DNA of 63,197 nt, filler included, from Reticulomyxa filosa (lineage: Eukaryota > Protista > Foraminifera): NCBI GenBank assembly GCA_000512085.1. It is 21 parts of 21 records of this genome, joined end to end, with 100 filler letters (N's around TTAATTAATTAA, not from the genome) between each part and the next. Parts side by side here need not be neighbours in the genome. Positions count along the whole stretch, not along the records: positions 12,245 to 14,602 come from ASPP01001007.1; positions 14,703 to 16,373 come from ASPP01047157.1; positions 16,474 to 18,975 come from ASPP01024641.1; positions 19,076 to 23,104 come from ASPP01018566.1; positions 23,205 to 25,122 come from ASPP01000115.1; 16 more parts are not named here. One strand, written 5' to 3'. Of this stretch, positions 12,961 through 23,677 are shown piece by piece. A program made the position numbers and the translations under genes. Positions within the stretch are counted from its first letter, which is position 1, and the number at the start of each line of letters is the position of its first letter. The notes beneath the pieces were generated by a model. That model was not told where the DNA came from and ran no database searches. It saw nothing but the letters and a program-made list of their open reading frames with translations.

Positions 12961-13624
12961 AGTTACAAATAGAAATTAGTTTTCTTTCTTTTCAAAAATG
13001 GCACACGTATGTCAATATTTATTTATACGACAAGATAACATGAACAAAACTACAGTTAATAAACCATATTTTACGTTTATAAAGTAGTATATATTTTTTG
13101 AAGTTTATACATACGCTTTTGATCCAAAGTCCATCTTTATGTTATTGTAAACAAAAAACCATGTGTAAATGAATGTAACAAACATATATCTCAAGAATGT
13201 ATTATAACAAATAGTCAAATTTCAATGTTCCAAAGATTTCTTTACAGTATTAAAACATTCTACACTTTTCAAAATAATCTTGTCATACATTTGTGTAATA
13301 AAATTAATATTGTAATCTTATTATAATTTAGAAACGAATTTTATCAACAATGAAATAATATGAAGTCTGTGTGAAGCAAATTCATGATAAAATAATTTTT
13401 TTTATTGAACGATTGAACTTTAAAAAGGCCAAATTACAAATATAACCTACTTCATAGAAAACAAACAGTTTCTGCAAAAGAAAAATATTTACTAGCCTTT
13501 TATCTTTTCAATAGATATTTTTGAACATACTTAATTGGTAAAAATGAAATAATATACAAAATCAAAAATCATATTTAAAAAAGCATAATCATAATATTTT
13601 TAATTGTGTTTCTTCATCAAAAAA

Positions 13625-14564
13625 TTAAGCGACACTAATCGTTCCGCTGTATTTTATAATAATTTTATCAAAATCATCGGTCCATCCAAATTTTATTTCT
13701 GAATTTTGAATCCAATATTCAATAATAAATTTTATTTCTTTTTTTGACTGTTTAGTATTTATTGTTAATTATTTTCACGTAATAAAATTTATTTATGTTT
13801 GATTAAAAAATAATTACCAATAGTGAGTGGTCCCATTTACGCACTTTTGTTTTTATATGAGTTGATACTGTTTATCATCTTTTCCTCCGATGATGTGTAT
13901 ATGATGATCCTCTTCATTCAATATTACAACACAGCCACCTAATGGACTGGGTAAAGTGTTTTGAAATGTCGTCCATTTGTTTTCTCGAATTGAATACTTA
14001 TCACTGATTTTGAAAAAATCCATTTTTTATTATTCTGGCCATATCCATCAAAGAGCAAGATAGTATCATTGATACACACATATGCATAACAATTGAATGG
14101 TGCAATAGCATCACAAATAAGTAGCTGATGAAATTGAAAAGTGTTGTTATTTTCATCATATTCAATTGATAATCCGGATATTTTGATGAAACAACAGCAT
14201 TTAATAATTTTGTTTATTTGTTTTCATCGTTTCTTGGCTTTGTTCATTTGCTGATTTGATACAAAGCAATGATACAATATCATACTCTGAGTTGGTAAGT
14301 AATTATGTTTAACAAATTGAAGTGTATTTAAATCAAACACACTAATATTATGATAAGAATAAGTAATAAATAACAAATGATTGTTACTTCCACCAATTAC
14401 TGCGCGTGCTCCTTGATAATCATCATTATTTTCTCCAATGATAATTGGATTATTGTGATTGTCTGTGAAAGGAATCCATTGATTATAATTGTTTGATTTA
14501 TTTGATATTTTTGATATATTACTCCAAACACTTACATAATTCATTACTAATGTATGTCTTTTTA
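13625..14564 (-). pseudogene. Kelch-like beta-propeller family pseudogene, 5' part cut off by a transposon end
   Basis: Homologous to 23678-24851 (HTL..YVSVW, GARAVIGG, ISVFDLNT, WTTFQNTLPSPL). Contains in-frame stops and frameshifts, plus the terminal EIKFIIEYWIQ..GW..DFDKII exon. Confidence 0.85.
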
Positions 14565-14602
14565 CAGTAGGTTGCAAAGAAAACTGAACGCCTAAAACAT
14601 AT
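14565..14602 (+). mobile_element. Tc1/mariner-type DNA transposon terminal inverted repeat (copy 1)
   Basis: TA|CAGTAGGTTGCAAAGAAAACTGAACGCCTAAAACAT interrupts the Kelch gene at a TA and runs to the contig end. The same sequence occurs at two other contig ends. Confidence 0.75.
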
Positions 14603-14702
14603 NNNNNNNNNNNNNNNNNNNNNNNNNNNNNNNNNNNNNNNNNNNNTTAATTAATTAANNNNNNNNNNNNNNNNNNNNNNNNNNNNNNNNNNNNNNNNNN
14701 NN

Positions 14703-14883
14703 ATAATAATCGGCAGCTTGCGAGTCAGAGAGTATTGAATGAGAATATTATCGGTATGTTAAAGCGTTTTAAGATTATTGCTGATCGGTATCGCAATAGA
14801 AGAAAGAGGTTTGGCCTACGTTTTAATCTTATTACTGCTTTTTATAATTGGGAGCTGAAGTTATGAGTTTCGAAAGAAGTCTA
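14703..14883 (+). mobile_element. IS5-family (ISL2/IS1381-like) insertion sequence, 3' end of transposase plus right inverted repeat
   Basis: 14705-14866 encodes NRQLASQRVLNENIIGMLKRFKIIADRYRNRRKRFGLRFNLITAFYNWEL*, followed by the IR-like GTTTCGAAAGAAGTCTA (14867-14883). Confidence 0.9.
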
Positions 14884-15673
14884 TTTCATCCGATCGCCCT
14901 GTCATATAGATACAGTTCACGGTAATTATGAGAAAATATTGTTAATAAAATCAGAACAGTCTTCTAAAAATGATTTGAAAGATGAATCCTTAGATTCGAC
15001 CAAAGCCTTAAAGTTATTGCATAAAGCTGCGTCACTCCTTGGACTAAATTTCTCTAAATGGAAAGCAGAACCATCAAAAATAGATGAACCTTCAGTTTTA
15101 AATAACTTTGACAGCAACGCACACCCTACAAATAAAGATATGGGTAATGGGAAATCAGCTCAAGAAATATTAGAGGCAATATTAGAGGGAATGGAAGATA
15201 TAAATTCAGACTCTGCTATACGTACTGTTCATGAACAATTTCAAGCGACCACAGCATCGTTGCTTGATTTTCAAAAAACTCAATGTTTTGCTATAGCAAT
15301 AGATCAACAAGTTAAGCTTTCTAGTTGTTTAATTAGAATCCCATCATCCAGTGAAGAAGAAAATGGAATAAAGGAAAAATGTCTAGAGGTTGAGCGTCAA
15401 GCAAACGTTTCAACAAAAAATTGTATCAACATATTTCCTATGGAAAGTTTTAGTGATAAGCTGATCCAAGAATTATTAGTCAATACCTCAGTTATTAAGG
15501 TAGAAATCCCAAAAGATGGTGAATCTTTTTTAAGCTTTCACACTTATCAAGATCATCAAAGAATTGAAATCAATCAAAATGAATGGCCAAATGATGTACA
15601 ACATCCTAAGGAAATTTTAATGACCGCTTTTTATGGTGATGAAAATACAACAAAGATGCTCCCAGAGGCATAA
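14882..15673 (+). CDS. Bacterial hypothetical protein, probably 5'-truncated by the IS5 insertion
   Basis: Intronless ORF (244 aa from 14939). The frame stays open upstream to the IS boundary with no proper start or RBS. Confidence 0.6.
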   Translation, partial: YFIRSPCHIDTVHGNYEKILLIKSEQSSKNDLKDESLDSTKALKLLHKAASLLGLNFSKWKAEPSKIDEPSVLNNFDSNAHPTNKDMGNGKSAQEILEAILEGMEDINSDSAIRTVHEQFQATTASLLDFQKTQCFAIAIDQQVKLSSCLIRIPSSSEEENGIKEKCLEVERQANVSTKNCINIFPMESFSDKLIQELLVNTSVIKVEIPKDGESFLSFHTYQDHQRIEINQNEWPNDVQHPKEILMTAFYGDENTTKMLPEA

Positions 15674-15747
15674 AAATCTTGACTAAACAAAATAAAAAAA
15701 TCAGTATATACTACTGATGAACCTAATATATAAACCGAGGGTTAGCT

Positions 15748-16146
15748 ATGTTATCTTCTATAAAAATACTTTTCACCAAATATTTCGCTAAAGCAAATAA
15801 TTTAAATTAAGCGGAAGAAGAGTTTCTTACTCCTAGCCAATTATTACTAGATGCGTATTATAATAGCGCAAAAAAACATGCAGCCGAACTGGATGCAGCA
15901 TTGGGAAAAAATAAATACCCATTCTCTAAACTAAATGCTTTCACTAAAGCAGCACCTGAATTAGTGAAGAAGAATTTACTAGATGCGTATTATAATGGCG
16001 CAGAAAAACATGCAGCCGAACTGGATGCAGCATTGGGAAAAAATAACAATATTGAAGTGGCACAAAGTAGCATAGATAATTCTAACTGGCCTCTTCTTAC
16101 CCCACTTATAGAGTACGTTTCTTCATACTCTTGGGGTCATGAATAG
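15748..16146 (+). pseudogene. Small bacterial ORF with an internal duplication and one in-frame TAA (15808-15810)
   Basis: SD-like GAGG precedes ATG 15748, in the same frame as ORF 15901-16146. The unit LLDAYYNxAxKHAAELDAALGKN occurs twice. Confidence 0.55.
15844..16046 (+). repeat. 71-bp direct repeat, 2 copies (15844-15914, 15976-16046)
   Basis: The copies differ at 2 positions. The period of 132 bp preserves the reading frame. Confidence 0.92.
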
Positions 16147-16213
16147 ATTATAAATGTAATCGTTCGACATAATCAAATTAAACTTTAAGGAAATTTTATT
16201 GGGTTAAAAACAT

Positions 16214-16373
16214 GGGATTGCTACCTTAAAGAGACATCAGCAAGTCTTCTTCAAATAAGAAGACTATGGCTAATTCAAAACCATAGCTGGAGATTTTGAA
16301 TAGCATCTTGGCCAGCGCCTAAATCTAGCCAGATAATGCCTGACGTTGCAATTTATACTCTCAACTGTATATG
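16214..16373 (-). mobile_element. IS1-family insertion sequence remnant (transposase C-terminus plus terminal IR)
   Basis: The minus strand reads YTVESINCNVRHYLARFRRWPRCYSKSPAMV (InsB-like TVExxNxxxRHYLARFxRxxxCYSKS), then frameshifts. The end GGGATTGCTA at 16214 resembles IS1-family GG-start IRs. Confidence 0.8.
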
Positions 16374-16473
16374 NNNNNNNNNNNNNNNNNNNNNNNNNNN
16401 NNNNNNNNNNNNNNNNNTTAATTAATTAANNNNNNNNNNNNNNNNNNNNNNNNNNNNNNNNNNNNNNNNNNNN

Positions 16474-17110
16474 CTTGTTCAAAATTTGCACCTAATGTAT
16501 GACATTTCTGAAATAAATAGTTGTATAAAGCTTGTTTGTAAATTTGACGATATTTGATATGTTTAGGATATTTCAAAATATTCCACAAAATATGCAAACA
16601 CATTTCTCGATTTATTTTTAATTCATTTTCTTCTTGATACCTATTATAGATCGCAAATTATTTCATTATTTATATTTATTGTATATTTCATTAAGTTAAC
16701 TCATGCAAGCTGGCAGCTGCGCACATTTCTTTTAATTTCGCGGATGTATCAATATAAATTTGATTGCAATTTCTCCACATTTGTGATATTGTTGTTTTTT
16801 CAATTGTATTGGCAAAATCATTGAATAGCATCATTAAATGATGCTGGTGTTGTAAATTTGTACTGTATTAAAAAATATGAAGCAATAAGATGTTTTTGTG
16901 TATTAAAAAAAGAGGAAAAAAAATGTGTTGTTACCTGTTTTCTGTTATCCAAGCTAAGAGAGTCTTTGTCCCTTCAACATTTCCGTTATACCCCTTCCAT
17001 GCTTTTAAAATGATATCTTTATCTATCTTGGAAAACGTTTGTTGAAGTTGTTCGAGCATGATGATGAAGTCAAACCCCTTTTTTGGTTTTTTTGATTTAG
17101 ACTTCCACAA
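16474..17110 (-). CDS. CUE-like + PUB domain family paralog (truncated by contig end; may be a pseudogene)
   Basis: MCLHILWNILKYPKHIKYRQI plus the upstream exon LEQLQQTFSKIDKDIILKAWKGYNGNVEGTKTLL. Colinear with 12245-12960, including intron positions. Confidence 0.62.
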
Positions 17111-17261
17111 ACAGAAGATGATATTTTTTCTCTAAATAAAAATGGCGCATGTATGTCAATAGTAATTTAAAACACTTTTTAATAACATACAAAAAAATCT
17201 TGGTAGACTCCAACAAAAAATCTTTACAAGTTTTTTTTTGTGTTCTTGGGAATATTAATCA

Positions 17262-18085
17262 AAGATGTCAATGCAATTTGAACCATTTAAACCTATAAAT
17301 ACATCACTATATTTATGTGATAATAATTTCATGTAGAAATATTAAATGAATTATTAGAAAGTGATGTTACATTTGGTTTTATAATAATGCATAGTTGTTT
17401 ATATTGTACATTATCTGGTAGTACATGTAACATATTACAAAAATTTACAGTAGAATTACCAAAAAAACATGGTAAAGGTACACAATCATCAGTACGTTTT
17501 GTTAGATTACGTGTGGAAAAAAGACATAATTATGTACGTAATATCAATATTTTATAACAAATGATTTATCTAGTGTAGAAGGTTTAGTTTGCTAATTTTA
17601 AAAATGATCTATTCAATAGTGATATTTTTGATTGTAGATTCAAAGCTATCGTTATTAAAATTGTTGATATTTCTTATGGTAGTGAAATGGTTTTAATCAA
17701 GCAATTGAATTAAGTAAAGATGCTTTAGCTAATGTTAAATTTGTTCGTGAAAAATTATTAATGGATTTTATGCAAGAAATTGCTAAAGATACTAATAAAT
17801 ATTGTTTTGATTATCGTGATACTATTGTTTGGGAAAAACTTGATCTTTTAAGAATACAAATTAAACATCCTACTAATAATGATAAAAAAAAAGAAATTTG
17901 TCTTACACCTAAAAAAGCACAACATTCAAATGATTTCTTAAAATATGGTTCTACTGATCTTATTTGGGAAATTATTCAACAAGATGAATTTCTTGAATGG
18001 CTTGCTTCACAATATAAAAATTATGGATGTAAACTAGAATTTGTTACATACATTATTATACGTATTTTACGTTAAATCAAATTAT
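17262..18085 (+). pseudogene. eRF1: Eukaryotic release factor 1 pseudogene (partial, frameshifts and deletions)
   Basis: [73 protein letters not shown] and LEWLASQYKNYGCKLEFVT appear across shifting frames. GGQ has become GTQ. Confidence 0.9.
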
Positions 18086-19814
18086 TATGTCTTTTCTTTT
18101 TCCATCAAAGGCTTCCTGAGATATGCTGTCACTTTGCTGACTCGAAGACGATGGCGACGAGGCCTGAATTTGATGCATTCGTGCGCTTGGAATGGAAAAC
18201 GTCCCTGTCCGTGCAAGTGACCAGTAGAGTACGATGGATTTTAATAAACTAATTTTTTAAAATGGGAAAAAAAACTAAACCATGTGTATTTGGCGCTTTT
18301 TTTCGCATGCTGTTTGTGTGATTTTTTGCGTATATAGCAGTGGAAAAAAGAAAATTAGTAAGCAAATGAAAGTAAAAACAAAAGACCACATGAACGAAAG
18401 GAAATATTGCTCAAAGTGTTATTCAATGCGTGGGGGTTTAAAAAAGTTGTACCAAGGATTCAAGACAAAAAATAATAATTGATTTTGATATAAATCCAAC
18501 ATCAACACGATCAATGTACTGAATACAAAGAGCACCAACACGAACAAAAGCAAAGCCACTCCAAAACAACACCAAACGTTGAATCAAATAGCAGCACTTA
18601 CAATAACAAATTAAATTTTTTTTTACAACAATTTATTTAGTTCAGACTGTATCTTCAATTACATGCTTTGCTGACTTTGAGCTATTTTTTTTCTTTGACG
18701 AGATAACAAAGTCCATTTTGGAAATATTTCAATATTCTTTTCATTTGTGTTCTCCTATACATGTCCAAAAACTCGATTCTATTTGTAAATGCTGATTCAC
18801 TTTAAATTTTGAAAAAAAGTTGTTGTTTTGCATGAGTGGCATACCAACGACGACGTATCCTTTGCCACTCATTAAAATTCGTTTCGAATTCATACTCTGC
18901 TTCGAAAAGTGTGCGCATTTTATCATCCGCTGCAAAGTTTTTACGAATGTGTTTCAAAGTACACTCATCAATCTANNNNNNNNNNNNNNNNNNNNNNNNN
19001 NNNNNNNNNNNNNNNNNNNTTAATTAATTAANNNNNNNNNNNNNNNNNNNNNNNNNNNNNNNNNNNNNNNNNNNNTTTTTTAAATGGTCGCATATAAAGC
19101 TGCCGAAATAACGACACCTTTTTTTTTTTTTTTGGTTTTGCTACTCTCAATCTTTTCGTTCCAAGACCACAGACACTCTTTTTTTGTGTCAAACGAGATC
19201 AATTAAATATGGTACTCCAATTTTTTATCCTTATTTTTTATTTTTTGTTTGATTGATTTTTATTTTCTATCTTTTTGGCTGTTTCAACCTTTTTTTTGTT
19301 AGTTGTTGGAATTTGAAAAACTTGAGAGATAATATTCTTATTACGAAGACGTTTAGAAATATGCATGGTGAATCTGGATATTTACGCCAATAGTTGGCAC
19401 TCTGAAATTGTAACACTGAAAAATAAAGTGACAACTTTTATCGCTGCTCTATTTAAATCTGTGTAACACATTTTACACAAATGAGGTTATATTAATTTTG
19501 AACGACTAAGTTGACAAAAAAGATTAAACAAATCGATGAGATATTTTAGAAAAATGACTAAACAAAAATAGTAGTAATCATTCTGCCAAGGGTGTACCTA
19601 ACAAAATGAAGCTAAATAGTTTTGATTCAATAGGTCCAAAAAAAACAAAACAAAAAAGTGAAGCAAAAAACAATGTATCCTGAAAGATTTAAATTTGATG
19701 ATTAAGAAGAAATCCCCAAATGTGGCCAAGCACAATTTATTGCCAAAGAGGAGAAATCAAACAGTGATGCAAAGTGAAAGTTCTTCTTTCCTCTGTTTTT
19801 TTTTTTGGAAGTGT

Positions 19815-20455
19815 CTATAATTTTTCTTTCTCCTTTGGATTGTCTTTAGGTGTTTTTTTCTTGTGCAGTTGTTTTTTAATTTTTTGGTCAAGAGCTTGAT
19901 CCAGAGCATTTTGGACATCTTGCAGTATATTATCTATATTCAGTTCAAACGTAGCCTCAACAGTATTAGAATCGTCATTACCCTCTAACTTTAGTTCTGT
20001 TTTGTCTTCTAACTCTAAGATATCTTCGATACTTTGACGGATATTTTCAGTTTGTTCTATGCGCACAAAAAAAACACAAAAAAAAAAAAGTAGGATTAAA
20101 TTATCATTATAAGTTTAAGTAATGCAAAATACAGTGCAAAAAGGAGCATTTGAAATGATCAACACAAAGTCACTTAACCAAAGATATCCGATGCAACTCG
20201 GTCAAGAATATATTCCAAATCCATATCACTTATTTTAAGAGTAGAGGCATGTGCAGTATCGTCGATTGGGTCGTGATGGCGGTCATGCTCCCGTGTGTTG
20301 GAGGCTCCATCATTATGTCCAGTATTGAGCAAATCAGAAGTGGTAGTAGAGGTGTCTCCAGACAACAATTTTTGCAATGGATCTATTGGGACTTGTTTGT
20401 CGTTATGCAACTGATTGTCTGGTGGAGTGTAAAAAAATGAAAATGGATTGTTATT

Positions 20456-20493
<38 letters not shown>

Positions 20494-21079
20494 CACTGCC
20501 CTCTGTCCAAGTTTTTGGTCGCTTCTTTTTCAAAGACGATAGCACATTGTCCGATTGGTAAGGTTGACGAATACTTTTTGGACGTGGACGTATACTAAAG
20601 GTTTCTTCCTCATTCGCGACATGTGTCCATAGATCGGGAAATTTCATGGCATTCATCTCAACATTCGGGTCCCTATTTGGAAACGCATACCAAGGACTGT
20701 GTTGTAATAAGTCGTTTGACAACAACTTCAGCTTGTGCATATCCGCCCATTGCTCCTGGGGGCCCCTTGTGTTAACATTGTTATTATTATTATTGTTATT
20801 GTTGTTACTAACAACTCCAGCAGAATACTGACTAAGAATTGAATCAGGTGAATACAATGGTGACGATAATAAGTGACAACCATGATGGTCCAGTGAACTA
20901 CATCTTGCATTTACTTGTTGTGGAAGTGGATTCCCATTATCATCCACTCGCGACATTAGGTTACTTACTGCGCGTTCATTACCGTCAAGAATCTTCACAG
21001 CGTCTCTGCTATGACGTGTATTTCGACCGTGTTGTTGTCCGAACAAGTTTTGGTTTGTTTGCTTACTCAAGATACTTTC
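19815..21079 (-). CDS. Hypothetical low-complexity (poly-Asn) protein, multi-exon; 5' end uncertain
   Basis: A 298-aa ORF and an 83-aa downstream ORF are separated by an intron-like A/T-run segment. (AAT)n tracts are in frame. Confidence 0.6.
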
Positions 21080-21387
21080 TAAACTGGTTTTTTAAAAAAA
21101 ACATTAGTTGGAAGAAATAAAATTCATCACCTATTTTGGACTATCAAAACGCTTTGTGTGATGGTTGCATAAAAATGTAACACTAAAATACTAATTGCAA
21201 GAACAGCTGACATTTTCAGTTGAGAACGTTCACTCCAAAAACAAAATGTGCAATCATGCGTGCTAACTTAGCCATTTTCTTACAATTATCCGAGATTACT
21301 TTTGAAATATTCCGTGTTGAGACTTTTTGGTAAAAAAGTTAACAGTTAAAGGAACAGACAAAAAGGGTTCAAAGAAACAAAGAAAAG

Positions 21388-22575
21388 ATGGAATGTGAAC
21401 AGAGTTTGAAGCATTACAAGTCAATTTGTGCAGTAATAAAGCCAGTAGGTGGATTTTCGTTCTGGTTTGTAAAGCATGTGCCATTTACACTAAGAGGTCG
21501 AGACACAGGAGTGAAGCACCAGCCCTTGCTGCACGTATGGCTCAGTGCATGCGAATTGTTTTGGGTGGTCAATGTGGCATTTGAAAAGAAAGAAAAAAAG
21601 TTTTCGGTATTTGAAAAGAAGCTGTCATATACAGTGTCACAGCATATAGAAATAACAAAAATGGAAAACGAAACAAGAAGTCAATACATAGATTTATTGG
21701 GTGAAGAAGTGATACCAAAGGGGAAAGGTAAAGAAAAGTGTCACTATTTGACACAAAAAGTGACTCGACTTGGCCAGTCTTCATTTTCAATGACAAATGA
21801 ATTGATGGAGTTTGACAACGAAGCCAAGACATCAAGACCATTGTTTATGATCCATCAAACGAATGTCAATGTTGACACAAGTACCCTCAAACCGGTCCCA
21901 ATGGAAAGTATGCAACGACAGTACCTAGAAGAGGAAATGAGTAAGATAACTGCCAGTGAAGCAGCAAGAATGCAAAAAAGCTACAAAGATTACGATTTAA
22001 GCATAAAATGGATACAAAGTATCTTTCAAAATCCAACCGCGAAAAAGACAAAGTACTACGTCAAATCACACTATCCAATATTATTTGAAAAGTCTTTTGA
22101 AGTATTGTCTAGTGATTTGGACTGGAACGGACATTTAAACCAAAGCGAGTACTCCAAATTCATTTGGAACACTTTGTGCGAGTACGAACTCATCAACAAT
22201 CCTGCACATGGCTCTTTCTTTCAGAATCAATTGTTCATTCGATCCCTCACGTGCGTTTATCAAAAAGAAATTTTGATGCGACCAAAGTGGTGGGCCAAAA
22301 CTGACCCTTCATATTTCAATTCCAATTCTCGATTGCCCAGGCCCTTCATTCCCCAACCTTTTTGCTCTGTTGTATTTGTTGATGTTCATCATCCTCTTTC
22401 TTCTTCTTCTTCACATTCCAATGTCCCATTTCCACCTCTGGTCTCCGAAGGACGTCTCTTCAACATTTTTGGATGTATCCAACAATCTGATTCACCATGC
22501 TTTTATTTTCATGTTGTCATTGAAAAATTCATCCCGTCTCTCACTCTCTCGACAACCACTGCTTCCAAACTTTGA
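21388..22575 (+). CDS. Double-hotdog (acyl-ACP/acyl-CoA) thioesterase-like protein
   Basis: FEVLSSDLDWNGHLNQSEY matches the hotdog thioesterase motif FxVxxSDLDxNGHxNNxxY. The N-terminal half has FTLRGRDT and VTRLGQSSFSM. Confidence 0.72.
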   Translation: MECEQSLKHYKSICAVIKPVGGFSFWFVKHVPFTLRGRDTGVKHQPLLHVWLSACELFWVVNVAFEKKEKKFSVFEKKLSYTVSQHIEITKMENETRSQYIDLLGEEVIPKGKGKEKCHYLTQKVTRLGQSSFSMTNELMEFDNEAKTSRPLFMIHQTNVNVDTSTLKPVPMESMQRQYLEEEMSKITASEAARMQKSYKDYDLSIKWIQSIFQNPTAKKTKYYVKSHYPILFEKSFEVLSSDLDWNGHLNQSEYSKFIWNTLCEYELINNPAHGSFFQNQLFIRSLTCVYQKEILMRPKWWAKTDPSYFNSNSRLPRPFIPQPFCSVVFVDVHHPLSSSSSHSNVPFPPLVSEGRLFNIFGCIQQSDSPCFYFHVVIEKFIPSLTLSTTTASKL

Positions 22576-22926
22576 CCTTTTCTGCTTGTACTTATTTTCT
22601 GATATAAGTATATATGTTTGTTTGTGGTTCGTGTTTATTTGAGATTGTACTGAACAGTCTCTTGCACGACTGCTCTCTTTGGAAAATGTGGGAGTTCTCA
22701 TTTATTAGCTGCAACTGAAGACTTCACTGCTTGTAGATGAATACTTCATTTTCTTCCATGTTAAAACAATTAGCAATACAAAATTCAGTAAATACATACT
22801 CAAGCGAGCAAAAACAACAATGGCTTTTAGTTTTACATCTCATTGCTTTGCAAGCAGAAAACAATTCACTTAGACAAAAAGAAATTCTGTGGTAACATTA
22901 TGAAAGTAAAGTAGAAGTGCTTGAAA

Positions 22927-23104
22927 TCAAGTAAAAGAAACAGGTTGATTGAAATCCAATCCAAAGGTAGGAATACGAGAAGTATTGAGAAAATTTTTAG
23001 GCAAAGCAGAGGCTGTTTTCTCTTTATTACGTGAGCGTTTTTTTGTTTTTCGATTGAATTTTGATTTTGGTTTTGATTTTGATTTTGAATTTAAGTTTGG
23101 ATTT
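22927..23104 (-). CDS. 3' end of a Lys/Ser-rich protein cut by the contig boundary
   Basis: Open frame NSKSKSKPKSKFNRKTKKRSRNKEK...DFNQPVSFT* runs from the contig edge. Confidence 0.35.
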
Positions 23105-23677
23105 NNNNNNNNNNNNNNNNNNNNNNNNNNNNNNNNNNNNNNNNNNNNTTAATTAATTAANNNNNNNNNNNNNNNNNNNNNNNNNNNNNNNNNNNNNNNN
23201 NNNNTTTTTTGAAATATACTGTATTAGTCTATGTTACATTATGCATATTTTTAAAATTGGTATTGAAAAATTTGGACAAAAATTTATTTAGATTTAGATT
23301 TTTCAATTCATTTGATTTATTTTGAAAAAAAAAGAGCTATATTAATTAATATCTTCCATTTTTGCTGTCTTAAATGTATAACTTAGTTGAAGTGATAAAA
23401 TAATTTATTTTGTGATGAACGATTTAAATTTAAAAAAGAACTATTGGAATGCAATGCAAAAAAAAAGATCAAGTCTTATCACATATATCACAATACAACT
23501 TAAACTTATTTCATAGCAAACAAGCAGTTTCTGCAAAAAAGTAAAATATTAACAACCTTTTTGTTTTTCAATAAAAAGTTTTTGAACATACGCAAATTGG
23601 TAAAAATAAAATAAAATCAAAACCATATTTAAAAAAGACATGATTTATATTTTAATTGTTCTTCTTTAAAATTTATT

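Noticed and set aside
15679-15712. Sigma70 promoter TTGACT...TATACT
   Set aside because: The spacer is 22 bp, too long, and such hexamers are common in AT-rich DNA.
15844-16046. Direct repeats as a CRISPR array
   Set aside because: There are only two 71-bp copies, in frame within a coding region, and no cas genes.
22927-23104. KS-rich fragment as the continuation of the truncated cyclophilin tail at 12144
   Set aside because: Only low-complexity similarity, with no sequence overlap. Untestable without reads.
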